Assembly (NCBI RefSeq): GCF_006345805.1
Contig: NC_042997.1
Span: 65,348,001-65,412,000, forward strand
From: Octopus sinensis
Taxonomy: Eukaryota
Direction: 5' to 3'
DNA length: 64,000 nucleotides
In this document: piece by piece, positions 13,821-27,199 of the stretch
Numbering within the stretch: the first letter of the stretch is position 1
How the letters are laid out: each line of letters starts with the position of its first letter
The notes under the pieces: model-generated
What the model was told of the DNA's origin: nothing
Database searches by the model: none
Seen by the model: the letters and a program-made list of their open reading frames with translations, nothing else
Position numbers and translations under genes: made by a program

Positions 13821-15019
13821 TGCTCATCAGGTTGTTTATTTAATGATAAATGATGAATATAGATAAAACATAAATACAGCAAAATACAGTATGCGCCATG
13901 TTTTACCGAGCTCATGAAAGATAAGTAACTTTTTTTTGTTCCAACATATGTTTTTATATAATTTTTGTATAACATATGCGAGCTATTATTCAACAAAATA
14001 CTCAATAGGATTGTGAATGCTATTGCGCAGTCAAATACTCAATCACGAAACAATGTAGGTTCTTGATGCAAATATCTTATCTTAAAGGAATCTTTCTAAA
14101 ATGGTTGTTTGATCTCTACGTTATTCGAAAGCAAATATATCTTACAGGAAAATTGCTAGATATCAATCTTGTTTGATTAACGGTTATAAGCATATTACTG
14201 TATGTATGCAAATTACGAATAAAAAAATATACACTTACATAAAAATAGCCAAGCGTAAAATTAAAGTAATTAGTTGCCTGAGATATTTAGTAATGAAACT
14301 GACAAAAATAATAGAAAGTCGTCATGGTAGAAAAGTGATATGAATCATCTCTCATCATTGATTATACTGCGTTGTCATTATTGTTTCAGATAACACCTCA
14401 TAAGTATTTGCATATAAGGAAAGAAGAACGGTGTTATATTTAACTATTTGACGTGTCTGTTCGTTATTTATGTTCAAGGTAAGTAATTACTTGAAACACA
14501 AATACGATTTTCTATCATGTACGTATCTCAGAGTTCACATACTCTGCATATATAAACACATACACACAGAACCACCAGTGCTTCCAACAACGGCTTCCCC
14601 TTATTTGTTCGGGCATTTTGGGTGTTCTGAGTTCAAACTCCGCCGAGTTGAATTTTGGCTTTAATTTTCTTTGTATCCTCGAGTCGCTAAGTACTTCTCA
14701 AGTACGGAGGTAGCAACACATCTCTCCCTCCCTCACTCTCTCTCCCTCTCCTCCCTCTCTCTCTCTATATATATCGCTTTGTTGAAATGGGTAACATTTC
14801 CACCGCTTATATTAATACCTCCTTCCCTAAAAACGGCTAAGATTTCTGCGATGTAACAGCTTCTCCTAGTTAAATATCAAAAGAACTGACGACTTACTGG
14901 GGACCCAGCATTGCCGGCCTTGGAATGTCCTGTTCTCCACTGCTCGACGATGTCAAAATACACCTGCATATATGTACATACCACTGAATTATTATTATTT
15001 TTTTTTACTATCACAGAGC

Positions 15020-15235
15020 AGCAAGCTGGCAGAATTGTTACCACGCCCGACAAAATGCTTAACAGCATTTCGTTCGTCTCTACGTTCAGGGTTCAAACTC
15101 CGCAGAAAATTAAAATCTGCCTTTCATCTTTTCGGAGCCGATAAAATAAGTAACAGTTAAGTACTGGGATTGATTTAATCGACGAACCTCCTCCCCACTA
15201 ATTTCAGGCCTTGTGCCTATAGTAGAAAGGATTAT
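15020..15235 (+). mobile_element. SINE family B
   Basis: AGCTGGCAGAATTGTTA...GGTTCAAACTCC...CTTTCATCTTTTCGGAGCCGATAAAATAAG...AATTTCAGGCCTTGTGCCTATAGTAGAAAGG. Confidence 0.8.
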
Positions 15236-15684
15236 TAACATTATTAGCCAATGGAAAGATAGTATCGCTATTGCGTCAGACATATATTTTGTGTTATATG
15301 TTCCGACTCTGTACATTTTGCAAATCACAAAATAACTTTCATTGGACAGAACTGACAAATTAGAATACAAATCATCAAGTATCAGTTGCTTTATTTCTCT
15401 TCCCCTTTCTTTCTCTCCTTTCTCTCTCCATACCCAATCTCTCAAATAATTTGTTGCGTTGCGTTTTGCGAATGAGTTCGAGCACGTCTCACACCAACAC
15501 ATTTGTCCGCGACAGGCAAGCTGCTTTATCGCATCAGATGACTGGAATCACCAGTAAAGTAGACTATGGAAAATTATGATAAATACGTATTATATTTACG
15601 TATTTATGAATGCAATTTATTTTTCTTTTGTCAAGACATTTAATATTTTAATTAATTTTTACTGACATGTATATATTTACTGAC

Positions 15685-15758
<74 letters not shown>

Positions 15759-15810
15759 TATATATTGGGGATTAAATAAAAAGACAACGGAAAATATGAC
15801 ATACCTGTAA

Positions 15811-15835
<25 letters not shown>

Positions 15836-15873
<38 letters not shown>

Positions 15874-16267
15874 CAATTCAAAAAACGTGTAGAAAATAAA
15901 TATACGAACATATACTAAATACACAGACGAAGAGAAAACACACAAGGTCACCAATTCCTCTTCAGTTATTGGCCAGAGAGCCGAGCGCAATTGCAGTCAT
16001 TGTCGATAATATTACTTTCACTCTGGAGGCACCGGCAAAAAACTTGCCTAGAATGGAAACAAAACATAACAAAACAATAAACAGAATAATGGCTTAGGGC
16101 CACACGAAGACAGCACTTAAAATGATAATGCATATGCAGCAAAAAAAGCCTTAGGGCTACAAGACAAGACAAAAATGGATAACGCGAAGGAGAAATGAAA
16201 ACTGGCCTAAAGGACTATAAATACAGGAGGGGTAGTGTAAACATGTTCTTTTAATTATATATATATA

Positions 16268-16300
<33 letters not shown>

Positions 16301-16678
16301 ATTCAATTCAAAAAACGTGTAGAAAATAAATATACGAACATATACTAAATACACAGACGAAGAGAAAACACACAAGGTCACCAATTCCTCTTCAGTTATT
16401 GGCCAGAGAGCCGAGCGCAATTGCAGTCATTGTCGATAATATTACTTTCACTCTGGAGGCACCGGCAAAAAACTTGCCTAGAATGGAAACAAAACATAAC
16501 AAAACAATAAACAGAATAATGGCTTAGGGCCACACGAAGACAGCACTTAAAATGATAATGCATATGCAGCAAAAAAAGCCTTAGGGCTACAAGACAAGAC
16601 AAAAATGGATAACGCGAAGGAGAAATGAAAACTGGCCTAAAGGACTATAAATACAGGAGGGGTAGTGTAAACATGTTC

Positions 16679-16690
<12 letters not shown>
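15836..16690. repeat. Tandem duplication of a 430-bp unit bounded by (TA)n
   Basis: Identical ORFs at 15966 and 16396 (offset 430); unit is homologous, in inverted orientation, to 18980-19320. Confidence 0.95.
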
Positions 16691-16764
<74 letters not shown>

Positions 16765-16767
<3 letters not shown>

Positions 16768-17530
16768 AATGTAAAAAAATACAAACTGGGACAAGAACGT
16801 GAAACATTTAGAAGACGATACAAAAAACAAATAATGATGATAATAATAACAAAAACAGGACGTCACAGAGAAGCGTCTTTTCCACAGGACGGGTAAACTT
16901 TTGTGCTGGCGTTAGAAGAAAGCGTTAGGGCTACAGAGAGACAAAAAAGTGTGTTTTGCCGAAACGGCAGCTGGACACGAAAGGCCAGCAATCGGTGGCT
17001 AGTCACGTGAGGGAAAGAGAGAGGAAAAGAGGGACAGATGAAGAGGGAAAGAAGGGGAACAAGGAACAGAGGAGGAGGAGAAGAGAGAGAGAGAAAAAAA
17101 GACAGATGAAGTGGAGTGCAAAGTGTGAAAGGCAGAGAAATGTAGGAGAAGGGGAGAGAGAGACAGTGTTGTAGAGTCGTACCATGTGTTAAAGAATATA
17201 TACTTACGTATAGGATCAAAAAGGTTACGTCATCGCTTATGTATATATATAAATGTAAAAAAATACAAACTGGGACATGAACGTGAAACATTTAGAAGAC
17301 GATACAAAAAACACGGATACAAAAACATTCGATCTTCAGTCAAGAACCGGATCATCTTCGCAATTTCGGCTGGTTAATCTTGAGATTGCTCCGATCTGGC
17401 CAGCCCCAAAGGAAAATCTAAGCCAAGCGCATTAGATTCCTTGGAAGAAAGCCTCGAATGTATACAAAACGAGGACGGAAAAACGGACGATGTTACACGA
17501 ATAAAAATACAAAAATACGTAAAAACAATA
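16765..17530 (-). mobile_element. Non-coding element with terminal direct repeat (PLE pseudo-LTR-like)
   Basis: About 60-bp direct repeat ATGTAAAAAAATACAAACTGGGACA.GAACGTGAAACATTTAGAAGACGATACAAAAAAC at 16769 and 17253; decayed GGCTGG...CCAGCC-GAAA hammerhead-like stem on the minus strand. Confidence 0.5.
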
Positions 17531-17552
17531 ATGATAATAATAATAATAACAA

Positions 17553-17861
17553 CGTGGAGGCGCAATGGCCCAGTGTTTCGGGCAGCGGACTCGCGGTCGT
17601 AGGATCGCGGTTTCGATTCCCAGACCGGGCGTTGTGTGTGTTTATTGAGCGAAAACACCTAAAAAAGCTCCACGAGGCTCCGGCAGGGGGTGGTGATCCC
17701 TGCTGTACTCTTTCACCACTCCTCCTCTCACTCTTTCTTCTGTTGGCTTGCTCGCTTAGCCAGCGGGGTGGCGTCATTCGAAGGCTAAAACAATGCGAAC
17801 GCATTGTGACCAGCGATGTGTAGCAACATCTGATGGTCTGGTCGGTCACGTGATCACGTGA
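17553..17861 (+). mobile_element. SINE family C (tRNA-derived head, CACGTGAT tail)
   Basis: GGAGGCGCAATGGCCCAGTG (A box)...GGTTTCGATTCCC (B box); similar inverted copy at 20912-21207. Confidence 0.9.
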
Positions 17862-18469
17862 TACATATATATCTCTCAGCCGCGTGTCCCCCTCCTCCTT
17901 CCTTCTTCCTTACTGCCAGCCTATAAAAATTTCTTTTACACGTTGCTCCTACTACTGAAAAGACTGCCTTCCACGCGCTGCCACAGTATCCTTCGTCTAT
18001 GCCAGAAAAAAAGGCTTTTTCGTTCGTCCTCTTGTGTGTTTGATTTCCTGTATCGTAAACTCTTTTTATTTTCTCGTTTTGTATTTATTTGTATTTTTTG
18101 TACATGTATTTCTATTTTTGCAGTTTTATTGTTACGTCCTGTTCGTGTTCGTACTCATTTTGCCCCGCTGCTTGGAATTTTATTTTAATTCTCTCGCAGG
18201 AAGGCCTATGGATTAGTGTTCTGTCTTTGCCTTCGAAACATGCTTGAGTCTACTAGCGACAGCTGATGACGGGGTTTTTTTCCTTGTGTATCCTGTATTT
18301 TTCGTTTTCTTGTTTTTTGTTTTTTTTTTGTTTTTCCCGTTTCTACGTCTTATTGTGGTGTCCTGTACTCACGTATAATTATTTATATATGCATGTATAT
18401 ATACATGTAGATGTAGGTACGTACATATATGTTTGTATGTATGCATATATTTTTATTTATCACATATAT

Positions 18470-19400
18470 ATATATATACAGTTATGCCATATTTTCCGTT
18501 GTCTTTTTATTTAATCCTGAAAATATTATTTATGTAACGCACGCACTTATTAATTTTTACCCATTTTTAGAAATATTCATGGAATATTTTTTGTGCTACT
18601 CTGTCTCTTCTCTTTACTTTGCTTCTCTTATTTCTTCCTCTCTCTCTATCTTTCTGTCGCTGACTGCATTTCGCTATTACCCTCCTCGCACTATCAGTTG
18701 AGCCGTGACGGCCCAAGATGGTGTCATTGTTTTACGCGTTGCCTTCGACCGGACAGGTTGCGATTTTCTGAGCTCCTCGCTTTTCTTAATTTCCTTTCTC
18801 TCTTTCTCTCTCTCCACCTCTCTCTCTCTCTCTCTCTTTCTCTACTTCTCTCTCTTTCAATGTTACCCCCTCCAACTATCACGTGATCCGCGACGGCCTA
18901 AGACGGTGTCATTCTTTTTCATGTTGCCTTCGACCGAACTGGTCACGATTTTCGGAGCCCCTCACTCTACCGCTCCCGTATTTATAGTCCTTTAGAACAT
19001 TTTTCATTTCTCCTTCGCGTTACCCATTTTTGTTTTGTCTTGCAGCTCTAGGGCTTTTTTTTTTTGTATATGTATTATCATTTTAATTGTTGTCTTAGTG
19101 TGGCCCTAAGCTTTTATTCTGTATATTGTTTTGCTATGTTTTGGTCCTAATCTCAGCAAGGTCTAGCCGGTGCTTCCAGAGAGGAACCACTATTATCGAT
19201 AATGGCCGTAATTGCGCTTGACACTGTAGCCGATAACTAAAGAGGGGTTGGTGACCTTGCGTGTTCTAGTCTGTGTATTTGGTATATGTTCCAATGTTTT
19301 TTTTTCTAATTATATATATCTATAGGTATGTCATATTTTCTGCTGTCTTTTTATTTAATCCTGAAAATATTATTTATGTAATGCACGCATTTAAAAACCT
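18470..19400 (+). mobile_element. Non-coding repeat with terminal direct repeats and an internal ~90-bp duplication (PLE pLTR-like)
   Basis: TATG.CATATTTTC...TGTCTTTTTATTTAATCCTGAAAATATTATTTATGTAA at about 18483 and 19328; internal repeat 18691/18876; homologous to 15770-16690. Confidence 0.6.
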
Positions 19401-19439
19401 ATATATATATATAATATATATACATATATATATATATAT

Positions 19440-19667
19440 TTCTTTACTACCCACAAGGGGCCAAACATAGAGGGACAAACAAGGACAGACATAGGTATTA
19501 AGTCGATTACATCGACCCCAGTGCGAAACTGGTACTTTATTTATCGACCCCGAAAGGATGAAAGCAAAGTCGACCTCGGCAGAATTTGAACTCAGAAAGT
19601 AACGACAGACGAAATACCGCTAAGCATTTCGCCCGGCGCGCTAACGTTTCTGCCAGCTCGCCGCCTT
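19440..19667 (-). mobile_element. SINE family B, young copy
   Basis: Reverse complement GGCGGCGAGCTGGCAGAAACGTTAGC...GAGTTCAAATTCTGCCGAGGTCGACTTTGC...CCCCTTGTGGGTAGTAAAGAAA. Confidence 0.9.
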
Positions 19668-19699
19668 TTTACATATATATATACTGTTAACAAATCTCG

Positions 19700-20551
19700 C
19701 GATGCGTGGCGTTCAGTTATTCCATAATTGAAAACTACATAAAATACTACAAAGTGTATACGTTGGACAGACAGATGCACCCTTCATCACTTATCGACCA
19801 AAAATACTAATACCCAATTTTGTGCCTTTAACGATAAGACTGGGAACTTCATGTATCGACGGCACCCGCAAAATTTGCGTACATTTAGGGTTCGAACGAA
19901 CAAAAAAATACAGGTGGACGTACAGAAGTAAACAAATGTAATTTGAAGCGATAAACAAAGACAATAAATAACGGCCTTCGGGTAAATACGAGTTTGATGA
20001 ATTAACGCCTTGAAGAAATCTTTAAGTGGATATAAAAACAGAACTCGTTAGAGAGGAGAGAAAGTTGACCAGCACGCTAGGCGTCCGGTGGTGAAAAGGC
20101 AGAAGATAGGAAATCAGTCATGGTACAAGTGTGAGGTGCAAATAGGAGGATGATGAGAGAGAGCGAAAACAGGGGGAGGAGGGGAGAAAGTCTACATTTA
20201 CGTGTGAGAAGACAGGAGAGAGGGAGAGAGGAAGTAGGGATGCTAAAAAAGGAATATTAAAAGGAAAGAGAAAGAAAGAAAAATAGAGTCGCAAAAAATG
20301 TATACAAGCTTATTATTAACAAAACTCGACATTTGTGGCGTTCAGTTAACTATTCCATAAATGAAAAATGCATCGCATCCCGACTTTTGTTGACAATACG
20401 TTTGTAATATATTTTTTGCGACTCAATTTTTATTTATTTATTTATATGTTTCTTTCTCTCTCCTTCTAATATTCCTTTTCAAGCATCCCTACCTCTTCAC
20501 TCCCCCTCGCCCGTCTTCTCACAATTGTATACTTTCTCCCTTCCTTCTCCT

Positions 20552-20586
<35 letters not shown>

Positions 20587-20880
20587 CGCCCTCTCTCTCA
20601 TCATCATCCTTCCCCTATATCTGCTGTATCGTCTCAAAATAACATTTGTATCGTCTCAAAATAACATTTGTTTAGTTTCGTTCGTTCCCCTTGTCTTGTT
20701 TTGCTTGTTCGAACCCTAACTGTATGCAAATCTCGTGGAGCCACCGATATACGTAGTTTCCAGTTTTATTGTTAAAGGCACGAAACTGTGTATTAGTATA
20801 TCTGGTCGATATTTGATGAAGCATAAGGGTTTTTGTGCTAGTCCCAAGTGTACGTTTTGTAGCATTTAATGCATTTTCCT
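19700..20880. repeat. Diverged inverted repeat (19735-19940 vs 20660-20880) plus a short direct repeat (19705/20335)
   Basis: TAGGGTTCGAAC vs GTTCGAACCCTA; TGTGCCTTTAAC vs GTTAAAGGCAC; ATCGACCA vs TGGTCGAT. Confidence 0.7.
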
Positions 20881-20911
20881 TATATATTTATATATATATA
20901 TATATATATAC

Positions 20912-21207
20912 ACCGTGAGATCACGTGACCGACCAGACTATCAGATGTTGCTACACATCGCTGGTCACAATGTGCTTTGCATTGTTTTAGCCTTCAAGTG
21001 ACGTCACCCCGCTGGCTAAGCGAGCAGGCCAACAGAAGAAAGAGTGAGAGAAAGCTGTGGCGAAAGAGTACAGCAGGGATGGCCACCACCCCCTGCCGGA
21101 GCCTCATGGAGCTTTAGATGTTTTCGCTCAATAAACACTCACAACGCCCGGTCTGGGAATCGAAACCGCGAGTCCGCTGCCCTAACCACTGGGCCATTGC
21201 GCCTCCA
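20912..21207 (-). mobile_element. SINE family C
   Basis: Reverse complement of 17553-17861 with a small deletion. Confidence 0.9.
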
Positions 21208-21245
21208 TATATATATATATATATATAAAGAGAGAGAGAGATAAG

Positions 21246-22477
21246 TTTCTTTATTGGCCACACAGGGCTGCACACAGATGGGACAAGTTACAAGGTAGAG
21301 CTTTTCTTTTGGGGGATGAAAAAAGGGGGTGGCGTAGATTTTCGATCAAGAGGGAAGAAAAGAACAAAAAATTTTTTTTTATTTTTTAAAAATAGAATAA
21401 AAAATAAAAAGAATAAAAGAAAAAAAAAGAAAGGGAAAGGAACAAAAGAAAGGAGAAATGAAAAAAGAAGAAAAAGGGGAAAAAAAGGGGAAGAGGAAAG
21501 AAAAAAAGGAACGATCAATAGGGATCGTCTATCACAGTGTTATGATATCTGGTGTAAAGGGGAAAGCAAGTAAGGTTTATCCGTGGGAAGAAAAGCCTAC
21601 GAAAAAGACCACGGTAACCTTGGTCAATATTGTTATATGTTACCACATTTGTTTGCAAGTGGGTAACCCTCTGTTTTCAATTTCTGGGTTCATAGGATTA
21701 TGCTCAAGGTGGCTTCGTCATTCATACGTGCCATCCTTGCTACATTCACCCATCTTTTTTTAAAACATTTGCTAGACAAAACTGGCCTCTCTACTCTCAC
21801 TTTCCTTTTCAAGTGGTACTTGAAGAAGTTGATGAGAGATTGACCAGAGAGGAAAGTGTTTGTCTCCAATCCTTTCAGACGCGTCCACCAGATACATTCT
21901 TTCGCCATAGCCACAAGGATGATGAAAATAGCTCTTCCTTCCCGTTTGAAGGAAGGAGGCGTAACAATATTGACGATAGACTCAGCTAATAAACCGACTC
22001 GTCCCACACGTGACAGCAGTTGTTCGACACAAGACCACAGGTCGGAAATTGTTAGACACTGCACGAGTGCGTGCAGAACGGTTTCGTCGCTCTGACCGCA
22101 TCTCGAGCAGGTCGGCCCGTGTTTCTCGAGCCGTGTCTGTAGAGCTTATCCCGAACGGGTAGCGCTTCTCGTTCGGGATAAGCTCTACAGACACGGCTCG
22201 AGAAACACGGGGCCGACCTGCTCGAGATGCAGTCAGAGCGACGAAACCGTTCTGCACGCACTCGTGCAGTGTCCAACAATTTCCGACCTGTGGGCTTGTG
22301 TCGAACAACTGCTGTCACGTGTGGGACGAGTCGGTTTATTAGCTGAGTCTATCGTCAATATTGTTACGCCTCCTTCCTTCAAACGGGAAGGAAGAGCTAT
22401 TTTCATCATCCTTGTAGCTATGGCGAAAGAATGTATCTGGTGGACGCGTCTGAAAGGATTGGAGACAAACACTTTCC

Positions 22478-22478
<1 letters not shown>
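21246..22478 (-). mobile_element. 5'-truncated L1/Tx1-like LINE (ORF2 C-terminus plus 3'UTR) with a fold-back inverted copy
   Basis: Peptide ALPVRDKL...CSRC.QSDETVLHALVQC..ISDLW...AKECIWWTR...F.KRW (zinc-knuckle C-terminus); pyrimidine-rich 3'UTR and AATAAA at about 21250-21255 on the minus strand. Confidence 0.85.
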
Positions 22479-22567
<89 letters not shown>

Positions 22568-25500
22568 TAGATAGATAGATGTATATATAACGTGTATCTA
22601 CCTCTACGTTATGCTCGGCGTTCAGTAGGCGTTTGACTTGGGAGACATTAGAGCGACCAGAAACAAGTTCCTTTGTTGTCTCATCGTAACGTTGTGTTTC
22701 CATTTAGACGCTGTGGCTAAATTTCTCCATCACTACTAAGATTACGTAAGTGAACCAAACGCAGGTATATTGTCAACTAAGAGAAATGTTATAAAGATTC
22801 TTTTAAAAATCCCCTTGAAAAATTCGAAAAATTCAGTGAAAATTAGTAAGAAATAGACAAAAATTAAATTGGAAATATAGAAAAATTAGTCTGTAACGTC
22901 TTGAAACTCATATTAAAATAATAGCTGATGCCATTTGAAAGTGTCATTTTAAAAAGAATGCTTTATGCACAAATTAACTTAACAATCTATTAGCGAAAAC
23001 ACTGAAAATCAACATAAACAGACACTGGTACAGACTATTCTCCAAAATGAATGACAGACGACCATAGTGATGATCTTTATGCAACAATAACTGTCATGAT
23101 TTGTATATATAAATGTGAGCATTGAAGTCTAAACATTGATTTATTTTAACTTGGTGGAATGCATTTTGTTATATGTGGTAGTTATAATCGCATGAAATGA
23201 CTCCACATTGTATATATTCTTCTTATTATTATTCTAGAGATGTAAACATTGTTATTCATATTTTCAGTGATTGTATGATAAGTTTTAAAGACATGGTTTT
23301 TTGTGTTCACATTTCAAAATTCTCCTTGTGACGCGTCAGAAACGTTTAATGCTATTTTCCCAAGTTTATGGCGCTGAAATTTGGAAGATATTAATTGTCA
23401 GTTGTCAAGACTATTGATTTATTTCAACCAACCAACGGCCTGGGAACTCATACCCAACTACAGTTTATGCTGCGCAAATGACCAACTTCACTCAGTAGTA
23501 ACAATTATAAAATTGGTCATTATTATGCGAGATTGGAGGACTAACGCAAAGTAAAATAGCTGAACTTTGATATGCAGATCTTCTCGATATTTCAAACGCC
23601 TACGTAGCTACCGTGATCATCGATCCCTACACTCGGTCAGGTATGTTTGGATTCATATACCTGCATTTCCGTTATCTTTGGACGAGGCATATTACACTGA
23701 TTAAATATTATATCTACAGTAGACGTTCTGGAGGTTTCGGAACGCTCTGACGAACGTTGCACAGGTGAGGCTGCGATTTCTGCTAGCATTTCTGAATCAT
23801 CAGTTTATTGATGTCTTCCCAAAGATCTTTTCAACGATGTTGCAAACCTGGGTGAATTATAGGCCAATATTTTACATCTGACATTTAGCATGCTGTTAGA
23901 TGCTCTCAATTCACTTGCCTTCATGCTGAATAATTGCTAATTCCATAATGCTCAGGAGGAGAATATGGTCGTTATCATGAGGAATACTCTGAGTGTCTAT
24001 GACGATCAACTCAGATCTAATTTATAGAATTATCTTAGGTGAAGTATCATGGCCAAGTCGAGCAACCATTGGCGTGAGATTTTACTGTAGAAATTTAGGG
24101 CAAATTCCACAGACAAGACTTCTGTCTTGGGAGCCTTAAGCTAAACCTATAATTCTTCATTTCTCATTTCAGGATTTGTTCAGAATATATTCGACTCACC
24201 ATCATTCTGTTCAATCTTGCTGACTATCGTGAGTTTTCTCCCCGCTTTTCCTCTGTATGTTCTCCACGTCTCCGAATTTACCTTTATATTTCATATTTTG
24301 TCACCTGTTGTTTTGTTGCGTCCTTCTGTAATTTTCATTCTTTGTCGAAATTGTTTTTACATATATCAAAATTCATTAATCGTCTTTTCTTTCAATTTCC
24401 AATTTTATACAGTGTATTCTAAAGTTGTTTACTATCGAAAATTTTCTTAGGATCACTCTGGTCTACATTAGCAAATCCAAATGTATTCAAATATTCTAAA
24501 GTATCACGATATTAGGGAACGTCATTTCAAACTAAGTATTAATAATTTGATCTGCTGAACAATAATTACTTATATATTTATACAATTAATGAAACATCTT
24601 CAATAAGATATTTAGAATTCCACTTTAAGCTTGCTACATTTGTTTTTAAATATAAATTTATTATTATATCTTCACATCGAACCACACGGCGTACAAATAT
24701 GTTGCGTCGCGCCACTTTGGAAGAACTTGTTTACATAATTTTCTGGTTTGGTTATAGTTAAAAATTTCACCGTCCAAAATTTATCAAACTTTTACTGTCC
24801 TATTTTGGGGTTTTGTTTAACTTTCAAATTATTTGAAACTACAACTTTTGTCGGCACTCCTCGTCTCTATTTATAATGTGCTTAGTAGCATCTACGCCAT
24901 TTTTACATATAAACGTGATTTTTCTCGAATCTTTCGACATTTCTTTAGTACGTTTTGTTGAAGGTATTGTAAAAGCATGGTGGTTATATTCTGAACCTAT
25001 GACATCGATATCTATATCTAAAAGGCTAACTTATCAATCATGTTCCTCTGCTAAGAATAATACATAATTTCAATCCTACATCATAGAGTTCCTTTATATA
25101 TGTGTTCTCTTCTATATATTTTAAATCATCTAATTTCAATGCACGAAGGAATTTTTGTGCATGTCATTTGTACCACAGAATTTCCTTAGTGTACCAAGTA
25201 TCACTTCTTGGAAGGATATTATCAATATGAGCGCTATCTGTTAGTTGGATTGATGAGTGTAGTGAATTGATAGAATTAGAATAACATTGGACAAACGCTT
25301 TGTCCCTTTGTGTTTCCAACTTTAAATCACAGATATCTACGTTGCAATTGACCATTTTAGTGTCAATAAAATAACTACCAAATAAATACTGATATCGGAT
25401 AAAACAACTTCTTTAAATTGAAGTCCTTGTCTCTGTGTTAGAAACCCTAACAGTGAACACGTAACTTAGATTTCATCCGTACCGTATTTCTGGTAAATAT

Positions 25501-26520
25501 CTTGTTTTTGCCTTTAAATATTTTCCGCCCAGACACTCCCTGATTGAAGTTCCGCCTGGTAAAATTACCTTCCTGCTATTATTGGTAGAGAACCTTGTTA
25601 GTAAGGGCTTTTAACTATCACAGACGTAAGTTATATGGTGGGCTATAAAGCTAATAAAGATTGGCAATATCATTTGTAATAAAGAGTGGAAGATAATATT
25701 GTAGAATCTGCAGGCAGTTATGAGAGCCTAACTGTAACAGTAAATATAGGGCTACATGCCCAGTCGATATCTGATTTGATCTAACTGAAATTGTTAGTGT
25801 CTATAGGAATGTGTAGTGGTTAACACCAACCATATACACCAATTCTTCAAGAAATAATCCCAAACCGACTTGTACTAAAGTCTTGGCTGGATATATAAAT
25901 TATCTAACTGCGTTGTCGTTATACATAGAGTAATTATATTTACTGCACACAATATAATAGCATTGCTGACATGCTAACGAATACACCTTGATTCGATGTA
26001 GGGATTATAATTAAACTAATGTGTATTTATCAAGTTGTGTATTAACAGTTAAAACATTTCTTATGTTCGATTTTGACTAGTTTAAAGATGATATTTTTGT
26101 CAATTCAGATTCAACATCCAGCACAAATGAGTAAATTCGTTTTCCAAATCCAGAATTGTGGCTGTTCTGTTGCCTGCATTAATTGAGAAGGTGTGTTCAT
26201 TTTCTCAAGTAATATGTTTTACACTTACAATTTGAGATAATGGTGTACCATATGTACGACACTAATGAAGAATCTTTATTGACTAAAAACTCTTATAAAT
26301 ATTAATAATTCCAGTTTAGCTGACAATCTACTGATCAGGTCTCATAATTTCTCCACGATATTGTTTACGGCATCAGTTAGATTTTCCGAAAAGAAACAAA
26401 GAAGCAGTTTTCACTTTCTCATTTACAATAAGTGATGATTGATGTTGCTGCAAGCATTTTATTTATATAATGATTATGGTTTTCTCTTTGTCTCTTTATC
26501 ATTTCAGCATTTCCCCATCC

Positions 26521-26583
26521 TCTCTCTCTCTTCTTCTTCTTCTTCTTCTTCTTCTTCTTCTTCTTCTTCTCTTCTTCTTCTTC

Positions 26584-26652
<69 letters not shown>

Positions 26653-26660
26653 TCTCTCTC
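26521..26660. repeat. Compound microsatellite (CT)n(TTC)n(TTA)n(CT)n
   Basis: Read directly. Confidence 0.95.
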
Positions 26661-27199
26661 TTTCACACACAGACACACACCTGTGAAAATTTGTGTGGAT
26701 GTGTGCGTACGCGCGCGCGTTTTGACATTGTGTGCGTGGGAAAACAATCTTCTAGCGTTCATATTCCAGTTGTTTCATGCGATGCCTAATAAAGAATAAT
26801 TCACAAATTATAACTCGTAATGCCGTATACCCTGAGGACACTAAGTCATAAATATTGTTTCGGAATGTCATCAAAAATATTTCAAATTGAATAAATGAAT
26901 GAAAAGTTTTCAGGCATACATGTACAGTACGTAGGTTACGTCAATGCATAACCTTATCTAAGCATTAATGTAAGGGCAACCACAATACTGCATGGTTAGT
27001 CCACTTGGAATTATGCAGAAAGCATAAATTAAAAAGGATCTAGCAGTAATGTAATTGACTATAATAATATAAAATCCCGTAGAATTTACCCGTTCAATAT
27101 GAATGTATGTACCACCTCTTTGAGGGCACTCAACTTGCTAGAAAGAGCAGCCTACTTTCCCTCAAATCATAACTTAACGCCTTAATAAAAGATTACATT

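Noticed and set aside
17553-17630. tRNA gene
   Set aside because: A/B boxes continue into a dispersed SINE body; no complete cloverleaf
25398-25440. SF1 helicase motif-V-like QGLQFKEVVL (minus strand)
   Set aside because: Isolated short match outside the most open frame; other helicase motifs not convincingly placed
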